From Piedraia hortae CBS 480.64 (Eukaryota), in contig MU005995.1 of the NCBI GenBank assembly GCA_010093745.1, forward strand, positions 1 to 64,000: 64,000 nt of DNA. Direction: 5' to 3'. The stretch's first letter is position 1. Each line of letters starts with the position of its first letter. The position numbers and the translations under genes were made by a program. Shown piece by piece: positions 44,600-61,290 of the stretch. A model generated the notes under the pieces. The model searched no databases, was not told where the DNA came from, and was given only the letters and a program-made list of their open reading frames with translations.

Positions 44600-45620
44600 A
44601 CGGACGTCATCAGGCTGTCGAAGTGCTGAGTTGATTAGTCAGCGTCAAGGACTTTACTTCACATATTTCAGGCGATTTTCGTGTTGCCCACAAGCAGTAA
44701 CCTGCCCTAGAGAACTGATTGACTGCAGCAAAAATATCTGCAGCCTCTAACGTCAATCCAACAAATTTCAACAGTCCTTTCCATAGCGACACCGTGTTTC
44801 AGTCAAGGCAAGCCACTCTATCTTCTCATAAGTTGCACAAACACAGTTGGCGCTCCTTTACACACCAATCACTAAAAGTTTGGTATCAATGTCAATTAGG
44901 TGACATTAATGCTCATTGCTTACTTGAACAAATGTAGCGTGCATCAGCCAATGACGACGATCCGCCTTGCCGAGGAAACCTAATACCCTAGAGTAAGCAG
45001 GTGAATGTGTTCTGTTCAGCAATTCTTGCCAAGGGTAGGCGGATCCTATCAAAGGTCTCGTTAGCCAAACACTGGCAAACTGGGCAACACTCTGAGGAGA
45101 AGCCATCTGGCATTGGATGGCTGATTAAAACGGAGCATGAGACTGAAGCAGTGCTGGTAAAATGCGATGATTTGAGAATCTGGCTTCATCTGAAGACGCA
45201 GAGCATGCATGCATTCAGGTACCTTGCAAGTCTGCATTAGATTCCGCTCGCATCTAACATTTGTGAGCGCATCTTCAGCACACCTGTTGCGTGCTGACAG
45301 GTTATCGCAAGTCTATATCCAATGAGAAATTGGGTGCCATCATGTCTTTGAATGGCCTCCAAAGTGTCTCCAGTCGACGAAGTGCTGACAATCTCTTGGA
45401 ATGAACACCAGTCAAATCCAAAGGGCCTGAAGTATCGCACATATACGCACATTGGTCGCAGGTTTATTACCTGAAAAAAGGCACCACGGCGGAACCAAAG
45501 CCCCTGAAGCCGAATCGTCGCGCTGCCGCGGGGTACCTGTGCGAATACGATGCCTCGAGAATCTATCGCACCTGGTACCATCCCAGAATTGGCTTCTCCA
45601 CACGCATGAAAACTAGGCAT
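44600..45620 (-). pseudogene. Probable decayed or truncated F-box-like paralog
   Basis: DSRGIVFAQVPRGSATIRLQGLWFRRGAF..L..Y aligns with DKTSLLNAMKTCRMWANVGEDLLWRSVEPRAF..L..YY; ORF stops at 45237. 3' boundary is a guess. Confidence 0.4.
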
Positions 45621-45819
45621 GGTGGGATGAGTAAACGGTCGTAAGGTCGTATAATGACGATATGGCGATGGAAGCACCTGATGGTCAGGTTATAAAGGCC
45701 TCCAAAATCCAATTTCTACGAAGATAAAGAGCCTGCACAGTGAGTCCAGGGTCTGTTAGGAGCTGTCTAGCACCGTCCAAGCCTCGAACAAAGCTAGGGA
45801 GTTTGCTGCATTACAAGCT

Positions 45820-46310
45820 ACAAAGAACGAAGCCACTGTCAAATATCGCTACCCCTTACCGCTCATCAAAGAGACACTGGGCTCATTAAGTAATCCCAAA
45901 TTCTACACCAAGTTAGACGTGATAGCAATGTTCAACAGGATCGGAGTCACCGAAGGCCACAAGTGGATGACGGCGTTTATCACTCGCTTTGGTCTTCATA
46001 GATGCACCGTGACACCGTTCGGGTTGCGTAATGCACCCGCCAGCTTCCAAAGTTATATTAACTCGGCGTTACATGATGCCCTTGACGATGACTGCACTCC
46101 ATACTTGAATTACACCTTCATCTACAGTAAGAACATGGGAGGAACACTCAACATATGTCGAGGAGTTCATCAAAAGACTAGGCGAATCCGGACTCCAGCT
46201 CGACATCAAGAAGAGCGAGGTCTATGCGAAGAAGACCAAATATCTCAATCTCATCATATCCACCGACGGCCTGAGCATGGATCCCGAGAAAGACAAGACT
46301 GTTGAAGACG
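45820..46310 (+). mobile_element. Ty3/gypsy reverse transcriptase fragment
   Basis: YRYPLPLIKETL..FYTKLDVIAMFNRI..WMTAFITRFG..PFGLRNAPASFQSYIN; YLDD decayed to YLNY. Confidence 0.9.
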
Positions 46311-47024
46311 GTAGAGTTTCAATGGACCTTTCTGGCACATGGTTTTCGCAAATTAAATCCGACAAACCAAAAGGTAACTATATGCACTGAATCATTTCCC
46401 GCAGTGTTAATCCTGATTCAGGAAATTCATGTCCAAAGCGCATACGAGAAGTACCAATGGTGTAGGCATCATGACTTGTTTGTCATACATGCTCACGCAA
46501 TGGAACTATGAGCCTCGAAGTGTGCCACCTCGTGCCTCCCTAACCCAAGAGACCAATGAAGATACCCAGTAAGTATACTCACACATCTTTTTGTTTTTCA
46601 TACTCCCGGCTGACGTGATTCAGAAACATACGCTTTGACAAAGACACCGAGGTCTCTGAGAGTGACGAGGGCGAGGCGTTCGAGTATGACGGCGGAGTTG
46701 CGTCGGAGGCCCGCGACTGTCCAAGGACAGAAATTAGTGCTCTCGTCGACGCCGATGCTAGGCGTCGGATGCTCGAGAACATTCTGAGCGGCAACACTCA
46801 GCCTCGCATGGTCCGGGCCAAGCGTGGCGAGATCGCCGGCAGCACTCCGGCTCTCGATTGCTCGGAGCTAAAATTGAAAGGCTACATGGCCCAGTTCGAC
46901 AGGACGACGAGATCCATGGTCTTGCTCACGCATAGTGCGTTGAGCATGGAAGAGCAAGTGGGGGTTGTAACGGGAGGAAAGTTCAAACTGAGCACGAGGG
47001 TCGGCAGGCGTCTCAGCCACGAGG

Positions 47025-47234
47025 TGGTTGCAACGAAAGGCCATAACAGTTCGCTGTAATGCCCACGGACTGCAGCTGCTTGTGGGCGATGCATTCAATG
47101 AGAACGCTTTCTTCAAGACTGTCATGAGTAAAGCACAATCTGTCGTAACCTTCTTCATCAACTCACCCGTACAACTGGAACGGCTGCGTACCAGACTGCA
47201 GGCAAGGCTTTTACCTTTGCTTTGGCTGCGATGA
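47025..47234 (+). mobile_element. hAT transposase fragment (CxxH region)
   Basis: VRCNAHGLQLLVGDAF...KAQSVVTFFINSP. Confidence 0.75.
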
Positions 47235-48054
47235 CTCATCAGCTGAGTGGAATTGTGATGTCTGTTTCCCGTAAGTTGGGACAAGATAATGTCCACACTG
47301 CAGAGAAGCGTGGGAGGGGTATAAACACAAAGATTAGGCACTAAGGCCTACAAAAGCGCAGTCTAATATCACCCAAGCATCTCGGCCTGGATGAAAATGG
47401 CTTTTGCTCGAGAAGGCGACCCCTCTGGCCTCAAGCACGATCCTCTGAAGCTGCTCCAGTAATTGCAGCGGTAACTGCTCAAGCCCGAGGATAACCCGCT
47501 TTTCCTGTTGCTCGCAGATGCGTCAAGCCACCAAGGAGGCACAGGGACTTGTTACTCCGGGGCCAGGCAGGTTGCTCGATGGAAGTCTCGCGCAGCTAAA
47601 TCCGGGATGAAGATGAATGGAATGGTTGGGCATGACCTCGGGAGGAGATGGGACTTAGAGACACCCTGATTGATAATGAGAAGGCGATTGAGAAGGGATA
47701 GGCAAGTGGAACGAGAAGAATAAGATCTAGTGTCGTATCGGGAAACTCAAGGTGCTTTGGGGGATCGATGGGGAACCCCGAAGAGGATGTGATTCAAGGG
47801 GACATCGATGCATCTGTCGAGGCCATGGGATGGACAGCCAGATCACCTATCATGTGGATGGAGGTGCCGGCAGCTGGAGACAAGACACAATCAACAATCC
47901 CATCCCTCGATTAGCGTGGTGGATGGGATAGCCTTTATACAGACGAATGCTCCAGATGCCAGCTCACCAAAGCGGGAGCGGATCACTGGGCCACGCAGCA
48001 TCTCAACCTCTAAAGCCTGTCACAAGCAATATCACATCTCCCCATAGGCATCCA

Positions 48055-49524
48055 TCATTCCACATCCTCCATCGTCAAATCTTCCACCTCATCAACCAAC
48101 TGCTCCAATGGAACCGTCAACCCATCCTCCTCATCTTCCTCCATTTCCATCGCCTCCCTATTTCTATACAACGTCATATTCTCCCTCAACTCCGGATCGG
48201 CCTCAAGATCCTGCAAGAACTGTTCATAATCCACCTCCTCCTTAACTGTCTCCGGACCCAAACGCTTAAGTTTCCACTGTCTCGTCTTCTTCTTCCTCCG
48301 CGCGGGGTAATGCTTCCTCACGAGCACAACATCCGGAACACGCGCAGCATGTTTCTTCGAGTCTAGAATCGCCTCGAATTCGGGGTGGTTGAACTGTGTT
48401 TCTTTGAGATGGTAGCCCATGACGCTGTCTCCCACGTTGAGGATTGCGCCAAGATGGGTACGGACGAGATAGCTTTCGCCAAGGTCGGAGGCTTTGGCGA
48501 CTGTTGCGTCCGCGAGCTGGAACCGGCCGTGTTCGGGACCAGTGGGCTCGATATCCATTACGACGAATTCGACGAGGGAGGGGGTGGATGCTAGCGCTGC
48601 GAAGGGGGCGCGCCAGAAGGTTACGGCGCTGAGGTCGGCGGTTTGGAGGGTATCTGGGTCGACGAGATTGACGGCTGTGCCGACTCGGTAGCAGAGTGTT
48701 AAAGGAGATACGTTTCCCAGTTGGCGGGCAAGGGGTATAGGTAGGGCGACGAGATCGTCTTTGCATAAAGGCACGAGCTCGCAGGAGAAGGTGAATTTGT
48801 AGGATTTTGTGGATGTGTGCACGTCTGCGGAGATGAGTTCTTGGCTCTTTTTTGTTCGAACGGGCGTGACGGAGTGGAGGAAGTCGACGAATTTTTCGGC
48901 TTGGTTGCGCGCGGCGAAGTAGAAATCTATCCCGCTGTGGACTTCTTTGATGTTGATGGTATCTTTGTGGGCGCCTTGCTTGAGAATTAGTTGTTCGAGG
49001 TAGAGGAATGTGCGTTTGTGGAGGACTTTTTGTCGCACTTGGACCACCGCCCGCCAGGTGTTGTGTGTATATGACTTGGCGCAATCGGGACACTGCTTGT
49101 ATTGTTGCACGTATTCAACCTCGATGGACTGCTGCAGCACCGTGCCGGAATAGACCTCTTGCTGTACGGTAAGCTCAAGTTTTATGCGACGTGAGTGTGG
49201 CTCTGTCCAGATGAACTTGGCGTCTACGATTCGGCTCTTGTGGAGTCCCTTGAGCTTGCGCAGACAGAGCGCCAGAAGTTCGGGAGATTCGCGAGTAGCT
49301 ACGACCCATGTACTGGGCGGCGACAGCCAGCGATCGCAGTCGCGGCACATGAGCAGAATGCCATCTCGATCGATTCCGCCTGTGATGTCTACGGTGAGGC
49401 TTAGGCAATCGGCGCAAAGGGCTCCGGGCGCTTGGGTGCCATCTATGGCGGCGCCGCAGTTGTGGCATAATATAGTAGCGGCTCCGCCTGTAGGAGCTGG
49501 CAAGGGGATCGAATCAGCTGCCAT
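48055..49524 (-). CDS. NMD3: 60S ribosomal export protein Nmd3
   Basis: Four CxxC pairs, FIWTEPHSRRIK, WRAVVQVRQKVLHKRTFLYLEQLILK, acidic C-terminus with NES-like LEQLVDEVEDLTM. Confidence 0.96.
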   Translation of the reverse strand: MAADSIPLPAPTGGAATILCHNCGAAIDGTQAPGALCADCLSLTVDITGGIDRDGILLMCRDCDRWLSPPSTWVVATRESPELLALCLRKLKGLHKSRIVDAKFIWTEPHSRRIKLELTVQQEVYSGTVLQQSIEVEYVQQYKQCPDCAKSYTHNTWRAVVQVRQKVLHKRTFLYLEQLILKQGAHKDTINIKEVHSGIDFYFAARNQAEKFVDFLHSVTPVRTKKSQELISADVHTSTKSYKFTFSCELVPLCKDDLVALPIPLARQLGNVSPLTLCYRVGTAVNLVDPDTLQTADLSAVTFWRAPFAALASTPSLVEFVVMDIEPTGPEHGRFQLADATVAKASDLGESYLVRTHLGAILNVGDSVMGYHLKETQFNHPEFEAILDSKKHAARVPDVVLVRKHYPARRKKKTRQWKLKRLGPETVKEEVDYEQFLQDLEADPELRENMTLYRNREAMEMEEDEEDGLTVPLEQLVDEVEDLTMEDVE

Positions 49525-49955
49525 GTTGAAGTTGTCGCTGTCACCACAGTCTGCCAATATTTTCAGAGGGTATGACGTATGACGTCATGGTGTGCGCTAA
49601 CCAAACTTGGACAGCACGCCTGGCCTTCACCTACGGAGGCCGGCTATATCAGCCAATCAGCCCAGCGTTAGACAATGATCACCGCCGGCCTCAATCCTTC
49701 TCGAGGCCATTTGATATCCGTTTTGGTCTGGGAATGTCTATCACTGACCGGCTGATCCAGAGATGCCCAGCATGTCGGCCCGGTACGAGGTCCCAATGTC
49801 TCGGGCCCGAATTGTCCATCCTACTGCAGAACAACCCCGCAAGCCTAGGAATTAAGGCCGCGGGGTTTCCCTCAACAAGCGAATGCGGCCTCACGGCATC
49901 ATGCAGGCCTCTGTAGTATATAAGTTTGCTACACAGACTTCCAATTGCCATCCAG

Positions 49956-51445
49956 ATGATGACTTTTCTATACTTCCTTGCTCCCATTGTTGCCCTCGTA
50001 GCTTACATTGGCTACAATGTGATTACTGACCCTCTTAAAGGTATTCCTGGCCCTTTACTCGCTCGCTGGTCTCGACTATGGCTAGTCTGGCATTCCCGCA
50101 AAGGCGATATGCCTACAGTCATGATAGATCTCCATCGGAAATACGGACCTCTTGTCCGCACCGCACCAGATGAAGTGAGTATTTCCGACCTCGCCGCAGT
50201 TAAGACCATATATACACCGGGTACACGCTTCAAAAAGAGCGAATTCTATCGGCCATTCAACAACGACCGCGAATTCGATCTATTTGGCGGACGCGATGAG
50301 CGTCTTCACGCACAGCAACGCAGGCTCGTAGCGCGAGCATATACCATGGACTCTGTCCGAGACAACGAAGACGGCGTAGACTCTATCATCCGCATATTCC
50401 TGAAATGCATCGACAATCATGCTGGCAAAAAAATGGACATGGCAAACTGGCTGCAGCTCTTTGCATTTGACGTAATCGGCGAGGTAACATTTAGCAAAAA
50501 ATTCGGTTTCCTCGAAGCCGGCAAAGACAATGGCAGCTTCGCACATATCAATGCCGCTCTCAAAAGCGCCTCCTGGATCGGCATGGTGCCCCAGCTCTAC
50601 GCAATCAACAAGCTTATCCAACCTTACGTTGGCGTCCTCGTCGACTCCGACCGCTCATTTGGACCGATGATGAACTACGCCATGAGCGCCATCCGCGACT
50701 CGCAAGGCGAAAAGAACATTTTAGGTAAACTAAGAGCCGTGCACAAAGAAAAACCAAATGAATTCACCTTCCCTAACATGGCCAACATGGCCGTTAGCAA
50801 CCTCTTCGCCGGCTCAGACACAACAGCAATCTCCCTCCGCGCAATCTTCTACCACCTCCTCACGAACCCTGAACACTTACAAAAACTCCTCCATGAAATC
50901 GACACCTTCGCAGCAGCAGGCAAACTAAGCGACCCAGTGCAGTATTCCGAAGCGGAGAAAATGCCCTACCTCCAAGCCGTCATCTACGAGGGGATCAGAC
51001 TCCATCCCGCCGTCGGCATGAATCTCCCTCGCACCGTTCCCGAAGGGGGTATGGCCCTCGCAGGGGTATTTTTCCCAGAAAATTACACAGTCGGTGCGAA
51101 CCCGTGGGTCATGCATCGCGATAAGGAGGTCTATGGCGATGATGTTGACGCTTTCCGGCCTGAGAGATGGCTAGGTGAGGGGTCAAGTGATATGCTCAGG
51201 TATTATATGGCGTTTGGGATGGGTGCGAGAGGGTGTATTGGTCGGAATATTGCGTGGCTTGAAATGTGAGTATGATAGGGAAGTGTTGATGGGGTTTGTG
51301 AGCTGACGGGGAAAGTTCGAAGCTGGTCCCGACGTTGTTGAGGCGGTATGAAATGGAGATTGTGGATACAAAGTGGGAGTATGATTGCCATTTCTTTGTG
51401 GTGCAGAGGGAGTTGAATATGAAGTTGACGCCTAGGGTGAGGTGA
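49956..51445 (+). CDS. Cytochrome P450 (pisatin-demethylase-like); exons 49956-51265 and 51316-51445
   Basis: N-terminal anchor, PGP, AGSDTT, EGIR, FRPERW, FGMGARGCIG heme motif; 50-nt intron GTGAGT...GCTGAC...AAG. Confidence 0.93.
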
Positions 51446-51599
51446 TTGCCGTTGGTAGGTTGTGTGGATTTTACTCTTGTTATTGCATATAACTCTGAAA
51501 GATGCCTGGTGTCTTGCCCAAAGTTTCATACAGGAGATCCGCCTGTCTGAGGGTCAAGCCTGCACAGGGTTTGAGAACACTAGCCGGCAGAAGAAATGG

Positions 51600-52007
51600 T
51601 TAAATAAGAGGCAGAGCAGCGATTAAACAAGTGATATAATCATGCATATTTACAAAAACAAGTTTATCAACAGCTTCATCAGTCAGGACCTCTTCCAGCT
51701 CTTCCTCCTGTCTTCGCAAAGTGAGTGTCGCTACGTAGTTGATCGTCGGCGTCCTGCGTCTGGAACCCCCTTCAAATTCCAGTCGAGAAATCGGTGGTGG
51801 TGTCCCGGACACCCTGCGGCACGTTATGTCTCCGTGCAGCTCGAGCTGCAGCAGCTCCTCGCATAAGTCGGAGCTGAAATTGATCACGTCCTTGTTGTCG
51901 AAAATCGCTTGGAAGGCGCTGTTCTGGATCAGCGCACCCAGCTGGGCCATGTGAGAACTGATGAGAGCGGCGAACACTCGGGAGCTGTCTGGTGTCTTGT
52001 GGGACAT
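51600..52007 (-). CDS. Hypothetical protein (135 aa)
   Basis: Intact ATG-started ORF; faint similarity to the 4107-4547 protein (LEFEGGS vs LELAGGS; LTDEAV vs WLDEAA). Confidence 0.5.
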   Translation of the reverse strand: MSHKTPDSSRVFAALISSHMAQLGALIQNSAFQAIFDNKDVINFSSDLCEELLQLELHGDITCRRVSGTPPPISRLEFEGGSRRRTPTINYVATLTLRRQEEELEEVLTDEAVDKLVFVNMHDYITCLIAALPLI

Positions 52008-52398
52008 ATTTGGGTGTGAGTGTGGCGTTTCGAGGGGCGGTCTTGAGTGTGGACTGTGGTGGGAGGGCTTACAACGAACGCGGACGAGTGCTCGATAGAA
52101 GATAGTAGACAGTGAATGATTGGAATGGTCAAGAGGAGAGACACGAGTTAGGATATACCTCCTAATTCTAACTGTACGTCCTTTTTTCCTCTAACTAACT
52201 CGTTGTCCGGTCCGTGAATGGGCGGCGTTGTCTGGACCCCTTCGCTGCCCAAGCACCAGGGCCGGGGATTCCCCGAGGGGCGCGCTCCACTTGTCCGGAC
52301 AGATCAAAAAATCCTAACCCTAAACAGCTCGTCCTTCCACCACCCAAACCACCACCTCACCTCACCTCACCCAACCTCCAACCCACACAAAAACAAAA

Positions 52399-52406
52399 AT
52401 GGTAAC

Positions 52407-52471
<65 letters not shown>

Positions 52472-52955
52472 AAGGGAACCCCCCCCCCCCCCCCGCTTCC
52501 CCCTAACCCACTCCCCTAACAGTTCCCAGTCATCAAACCTCAAAATCGTTCCCCCCGCTCACTATCCAACCACCACCTCCCCCTTTAAATTCGCGCCCAG
52601 CGCTCCAGGCGTGCAGGACTCTCTCCGCACCACCGTTGCCAACCCCACCCAACCAACATCCACCCACCCACTCGAATCCCGCCTCAAACAGTGGCGCGCG
52701 CAGCAGGATGCCCTGAAAATGGAACTTTTGCGCCGACAGTTTGGGATTGCGGAGCCGGTGCGTCGCGCGGTGGAGTTGAACATTGTGAGGGCTGGGGAGG
52801 GGGTTGTTTGTAAAGAGTTGGGGGGGAGTAGTAAGGTTCATGAAGAGATATTGATGGGGAGGGAGGCGGAGGTGGATTGGGAGGATGTGTATCCCGGGGA
52901 GGTACAGGAGGGGTTTAGGAGGGAGATGGAGGGGTTGATGGGGGTTAGAATTTGA
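52399..52955 (+). CDS. UMP1: Proteasome maturation factor Ump1; exons 52399-52401 and 52530-52955
   Basis: ATG followed directly by intron GTAACG...CTAAC...CAG; HPLESRLKQW..KMELLRRQFGIAEPVRRAVE..VHEEILMGREAEVDWEDVY. Confidence 0.9.
52409..52494. repeat. Intronic homopolymer tract C53-A12-GGGAA-C16
   Basis: Counted directly from the sequence. Confidence 0.95.
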
Positions 52956-53218
52956 GGGAGGGAGGTAGATTGGGGATATTGGGGAATGGGAAAAGTGGAT
53001 GAGGTGATAGGGCTCTATGCACGATAAGCGGGACGATGAGAAGTGTACTGTACAATGCCGTAGAATGGTATAAGATAATGCAATCGCAATATTCCCCTCT
53101 TGAGGTAAGTTGAGTTGAGCAAGTGGTGGGTCGCTCCGCTTATGTCCCCACCATCATAGCATATCCGGACTATGAGGCATAGAGAAAGAAGAACTATACT
53201 GTACAATGCCGATGAATA

Positions 53219-53799
53219 TTACAAAATAACACAACCACAACATCCCCCTCCCCTTTCCCGTTCATTATCACGACTAGATTGCCTCTCCGCCGTCGTCCCA
53301 CCCATCGAAGCCTTCCTATTCTTCTTCGGATTCTCATTCCCCGCATCCCCGAAATCAGGAGGCTTGACAGTAATATGCACCACATTCGGTTTATTGAAGC
53401 TTATGCCGTACTCTGCATCCCGCGTTAGCATCCTTACTCTTTCCCCCCCCCCCCCCCCCAAAAAAAAAGAGAACACGATGAAAACCCACCGATAAGAGCC
53501 CTATTATCATCAATCAAATGCCCCATAGTAATAAGCCTAATTTCCGCCGGCGAAATCGGTTTCGCGACACCCCATTCCTCCTCCTTCCACTCCCGAAATA
53601 ACATCTCCTTGAGCCTGTAGCCTTTTATCGTTCGCGGGTCTTCGTCTCCCGTCGCTGAAGCCGGAGTTTGGGTGGATGTAGACTGTTGCAGAGTAAACTC
53701 GTGTTTCGCACCAGTGCTGAGGAGGAGGGTTATCCGCAGATCTTGGGCAAGCGTCTTTTCTGCAGCCTCGTCGGGGGGTTTTATGGGTTGCATTTCCAT
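53219..53799 (-). CDS. UBL3/membrane-anchored ubiquitin-fold protein; exons 53799-53490 and 53412-53219
   Basis: LKEMLFREW..W..P.SPAEIRLITMGHLIDD, NVVHITVKP, C-terminal CCGCVIL CaaX box; intron GTGGGT...GCTAAC...CAG. Confidence 0.85.
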
Positions 53800-53856
53800 T
53801 TGAATGATTCAATGAATGGGGGGTTGAGACTTAGGTGGGTTTGGCGATGCGACCGT

Positions 53857-53927
53857 GATGATGATGATGATGATGTTGTTGTTGTTGTTGTTGTGTTGTT
53901 GTTGTTGTTATGGTGGTGGTGGTGGTG
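53857..53927. repeat. Compound microsatellite (GAT)n(GTT)n(GGT)n in a divergent promoter
   Basis: Directly visible. Confidence 0.9.
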
Positions 53928-54105
53928 TTTTTTTCTTTTTCTTTGGAAGGGTTGTTTGAGTGGTTTTCCTTGGTTGGAACGGGCACACATGACCTTGGTG
54001 TCGTTGATGACCGCCGGATCGGCCCGACCGTTGCGACCGCTCCGCTCCCGCAATTGTGGCGCTGTCATTTGGACGTTAGACGTCAGACGACATTTGTTAG
54101 GTGGC

Positions 54106-55259
54106 ATGGATGATCTTGATGAGGTTGAGTCCTTGAGACGGTTTTTGGAAGAGCAGAGGAAGGTCGCTTCGCCTGAAGTGTCTACGGGTGGTATGGGAAT
54201 CTTTTTGGTCTGACGACCTAAGCTGAGTTGTGTAGTTTTAGAAGATGCAGAGTTCATCGCGGATAATGCTATTGATGTGTTTCCTGATTTGAACGGGACG
54301 CGCTCCGCTGCGAAATTGATTGCTGAGTCTATGGAGAAGAGGGGCTACTCGCTTCGCTCGTGGTCTGCTCACTCGCTGCATCCGTCGCGGGAGGAGTCTA
54401 GTGATGTTGAATTGGTGGATTATGTGTTCATGCTTGATTTGTTGAATTTTTCGTTTTGGTCGGTTAGAGATGAGAAAGAGAGGTTCAAGGTAGAGTATAG
54501 GGACAAGGTGTGGACAGGCTATGATTCTTTGCTTGCTGCGTTGAGAAGGGCGTTGGACGAGGGTATACCTGTTACGAGACCGCAGTTTTGGGGAGAGGCA
54601 TCAGATGAGAAGTTGAGACATGTGTTTAGGAGTGCGACGGATGAGGAAATGCCGTTGTTGAGTGAGCGGGTGGATATCCTCAGAGGTGCCGCGAGTGTTT
54701 TGAAGGTTGGTCCTTTAGACGTGATGAACGAGGGCTAACGGTACAGGGACTGGAGATGGGCTCTGTCTATCAGCTAATTGAACAGTCGAATCATTCTGCT
54801 ATTCGTCTCATTAACCTGCTGACAAAACACTTTTCCAGCTTCCAGGACACTGCAATCTACAAAGGCAGAAAAGTGCACTTCTACAAACGGTCACAGATCT
54901 TCGTGGCAGACCTCTGGGGAGCATTCCAAGACTCAAGTATTGGCCACTTTACAGACATCGACTCCCTGACAATGTTCGCTGATTACCGCGTTCCGCAAAT
55001 GCTGCATACTCTTGGAGTATTGTCGTACAGTCCTCCTCTGCTGGAAGCCATCAAAGACGGCAAGGAAATTCCCTCTGGATCAGACTGGGAGATTCAGCTC
55101 AGAGGATGCAGCATCTGGGCAGTGGAGCTGATCAGACGGAGAATCAACAAATCCAATGCCGTCCTGATCGACTTCTACCTCTACGACCTTGCAAAGGAGA
55201 AAGAAAGGAGTGGAGTCAAAATGCTTCCACACCATAGAACAAGATCGATATGGTACTGA
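54106..55259 (+). CDS. QNG1: Queuosine salvage protein (DUF2419 / queuosine-nucleotide N-glycosylase); exons 54106-54190, 54236-54705, 54747-55259
   Basis: DLLNFSFW, WTGY, FYKRSQIFVADLW, LTMFADYRVPQML, EIQLRGCSIWAVE, HHRTRSIWY; 45-nt and 41-nt introns restore the frame. Confidence 0.93.
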
Positions 55260-55260
55260 A

Positions 55261-56766
55261 TCACACCGATATTTCCCTTTTTCTCCATCCGTTTACGCCT
55301 CTCCATGCCCATAACCACAACAGACAAGCTGTCCACACACTTGCAGCCATGGCCCAGAACGTGGACTCATAGCAACGCACGCCCGAGCACAGCCCATCCG
55401 GACCAGCAGCACGCTGATACACGGCAGAGTAGATTAGACCCCAGAGGGTGGCTCCCACTGCCGGTGCAGTTGCAAGTATGCCCCAATTTGTTCCAAAGTT
55501 TTCCACTCCCCATACTATGCTGGTAATGATGGGAACAAGACTGAAGACTGCACCGTAGCCAGCTCCAATGGATGCAGAGACAATCCAGAACAGATCAGCC
55601 TTGTCCTGCAGAGCACCAGAGGCCAGAACAACTTGCCCAACTGACATGATTAATGCAAAGACGATGAGAAACAAGACTCGTGAAACTTCCCACCTGCCAT
55701 CCGTCGTAGGAGCAAGAAGATCCGTCAGGGTCCCAGTCGCAATTCTGGCAAGAGTCGAAGTTGCTGCCACAACAGAGACATGCGTAGCCGCACCACCAGC
55801 ATTATCTGGTCGCAGAGTATCCAGCACAGTTCCCATATTATTGATAAACGCCTCTCCGGGCCCGGTGACCAGGAAGAAACCAGCAGCCAGCCACCACATT
55901 GTGTGGTCCGTTAGAAAGTTCTTAGTCCTCTCATTCAGTAATCCGTCAGCGTTCTTTGGACTCTGCTCCTCTTCCTCCACCAAAGTTCCATATTCCGTCG
56001 ACTCCTGCACAATCAACTGTTCATCCTCTTCAACCCTCAAGGCACTAAACCCAACACACCCAATAACAGACAAAAACACAGCCAAGAAAACAAAATACCT
56101 ATACACATCCACCTCCCTCTCCCCCTCCGGCAGGATATCATACAGCAAATGCACCCCCACCTGTGCCTGCCACATTCCACTCAACCCAAAACACGCAATC
56201 GGCAACGCGAGCGCGAGGCCCTTGAAGCGACCCCTCCCAAAGTTCTTCGCACACGTCGTGACTGCGGAGATATACATGCAGCTCGTCGCACTCCCAATCG
56301 GCACAAACGCAGCCATCATAGCCTGGGGAGGCCAAGCCGCAGGCCCTGCTCTATAAACCATCGCGGCAAACGCATATCCCACACCAAACAACACCCCCGC
56401 GAACAGCGACGGGGTAGCTGGCCCGAGACGATCACACACAATCCCAAACAGCGGAACAGGAAGATACATCGCCAACTCCGCAGCGATACTCACGCCATTA
56501 ACCTGCAGCTGAGAGTAATGCAGCCTCTTCTGAAACAAGGGACCGTAGAGACTAAACGCCATAATGCTCCCCGCGCCGAGACAGTTTATTATCGCCCAGA
56601 GAAACGACAACTGAGCGACAGCGCGTTTCCGCAAAGCAGCTCTCTGCCGCGCCGCGATCCCAGCCGCGACGTTTTCAAGAAAAGTACTGCCATCAGGCCG
56701 GAGGAGAGGCGCTTCCTCGCCATTTTCTTGCTGACGGTACTCACGTCTATCGATTCGGCGAGACAT
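55261..56766 (-). CDS. MCH1: MFS transporter, MCH1/nodulin-like family
   Basis: About 12 hydrophobic segments; AGSIMAFSLYGP, SAVTTCAKNF, GPGEAFINNMG, WGVENFGTNWG. Confidence 0.85.
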   Translation of the reverse strand: MSRRIDRREYRQQENGEEAPLLRPDGSTFLENVAAGIAARQRAALRKRAVAQLSFLWAIINCLGAGSIMAFSLYGPLFQKRLHYSQLQVNGVSIAAELAMYLPVPLFGIVCDRLGPATPSLFAGVLFGVGYAFAAMVYRAGPAAWPPQAMMAAFVPIGSATSCMYISAVTTCAKNFGRGRFKGLALALPIACFGLSGMWQAQVGVHLLYDILPEGEREVDVYRYFVFLAVFLSVIGCVGFSALRVEEDEQLIVQESTEYGTLVEEEEQSPKNADGLLNERTKNFLTDHTMWWLAAGFFLVTGPGEAFINNMGTVLDTLRPDNAGGAATHVSVVAATSTLARIATGTLTDLLAPTTDGRWEVSRVLFLIVFALIMSVGQVVLASGALQDKADLFWIVSASIGAGYGAVFSLVPIITSIVWGVENFGTNWGILATAPAVGATLWGLIYSAVYQRAAGPDGLCSGVRCYESTFWAMAASVWTACLLWLWAWRGVNGWRKREISV

Positions 56767-56912
56767 TGGTCCAGTGTCATCTGCAAGCAATCATATTGTC
56801 GGAAATCGATGACGTCGGCTGTCAATTTCGTGATCCTGATAGAATCCGGAGACGGAGCGGGCCGGACCTTATTTCTCTGTGAAATTCCTGGCAGAGACAT
56901 TCGTACGGCAGA

Positions 56913-61290
<4,378 letters not shown>

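Noticed and set aside
1141..51445. Monooxygenase plus P450 as a secondary-metabolite cluster
   Set aside because: They are ~47 kb apart, separated by housekeeping genes, with no PKS, NRPS or terpene synthase.
52218..52529. Poly-proline N-terminal extension of the 245-aa ORF
   Set aside because: It is 5' flank plus the poly-C intron of UMP1, with clear splice signals.
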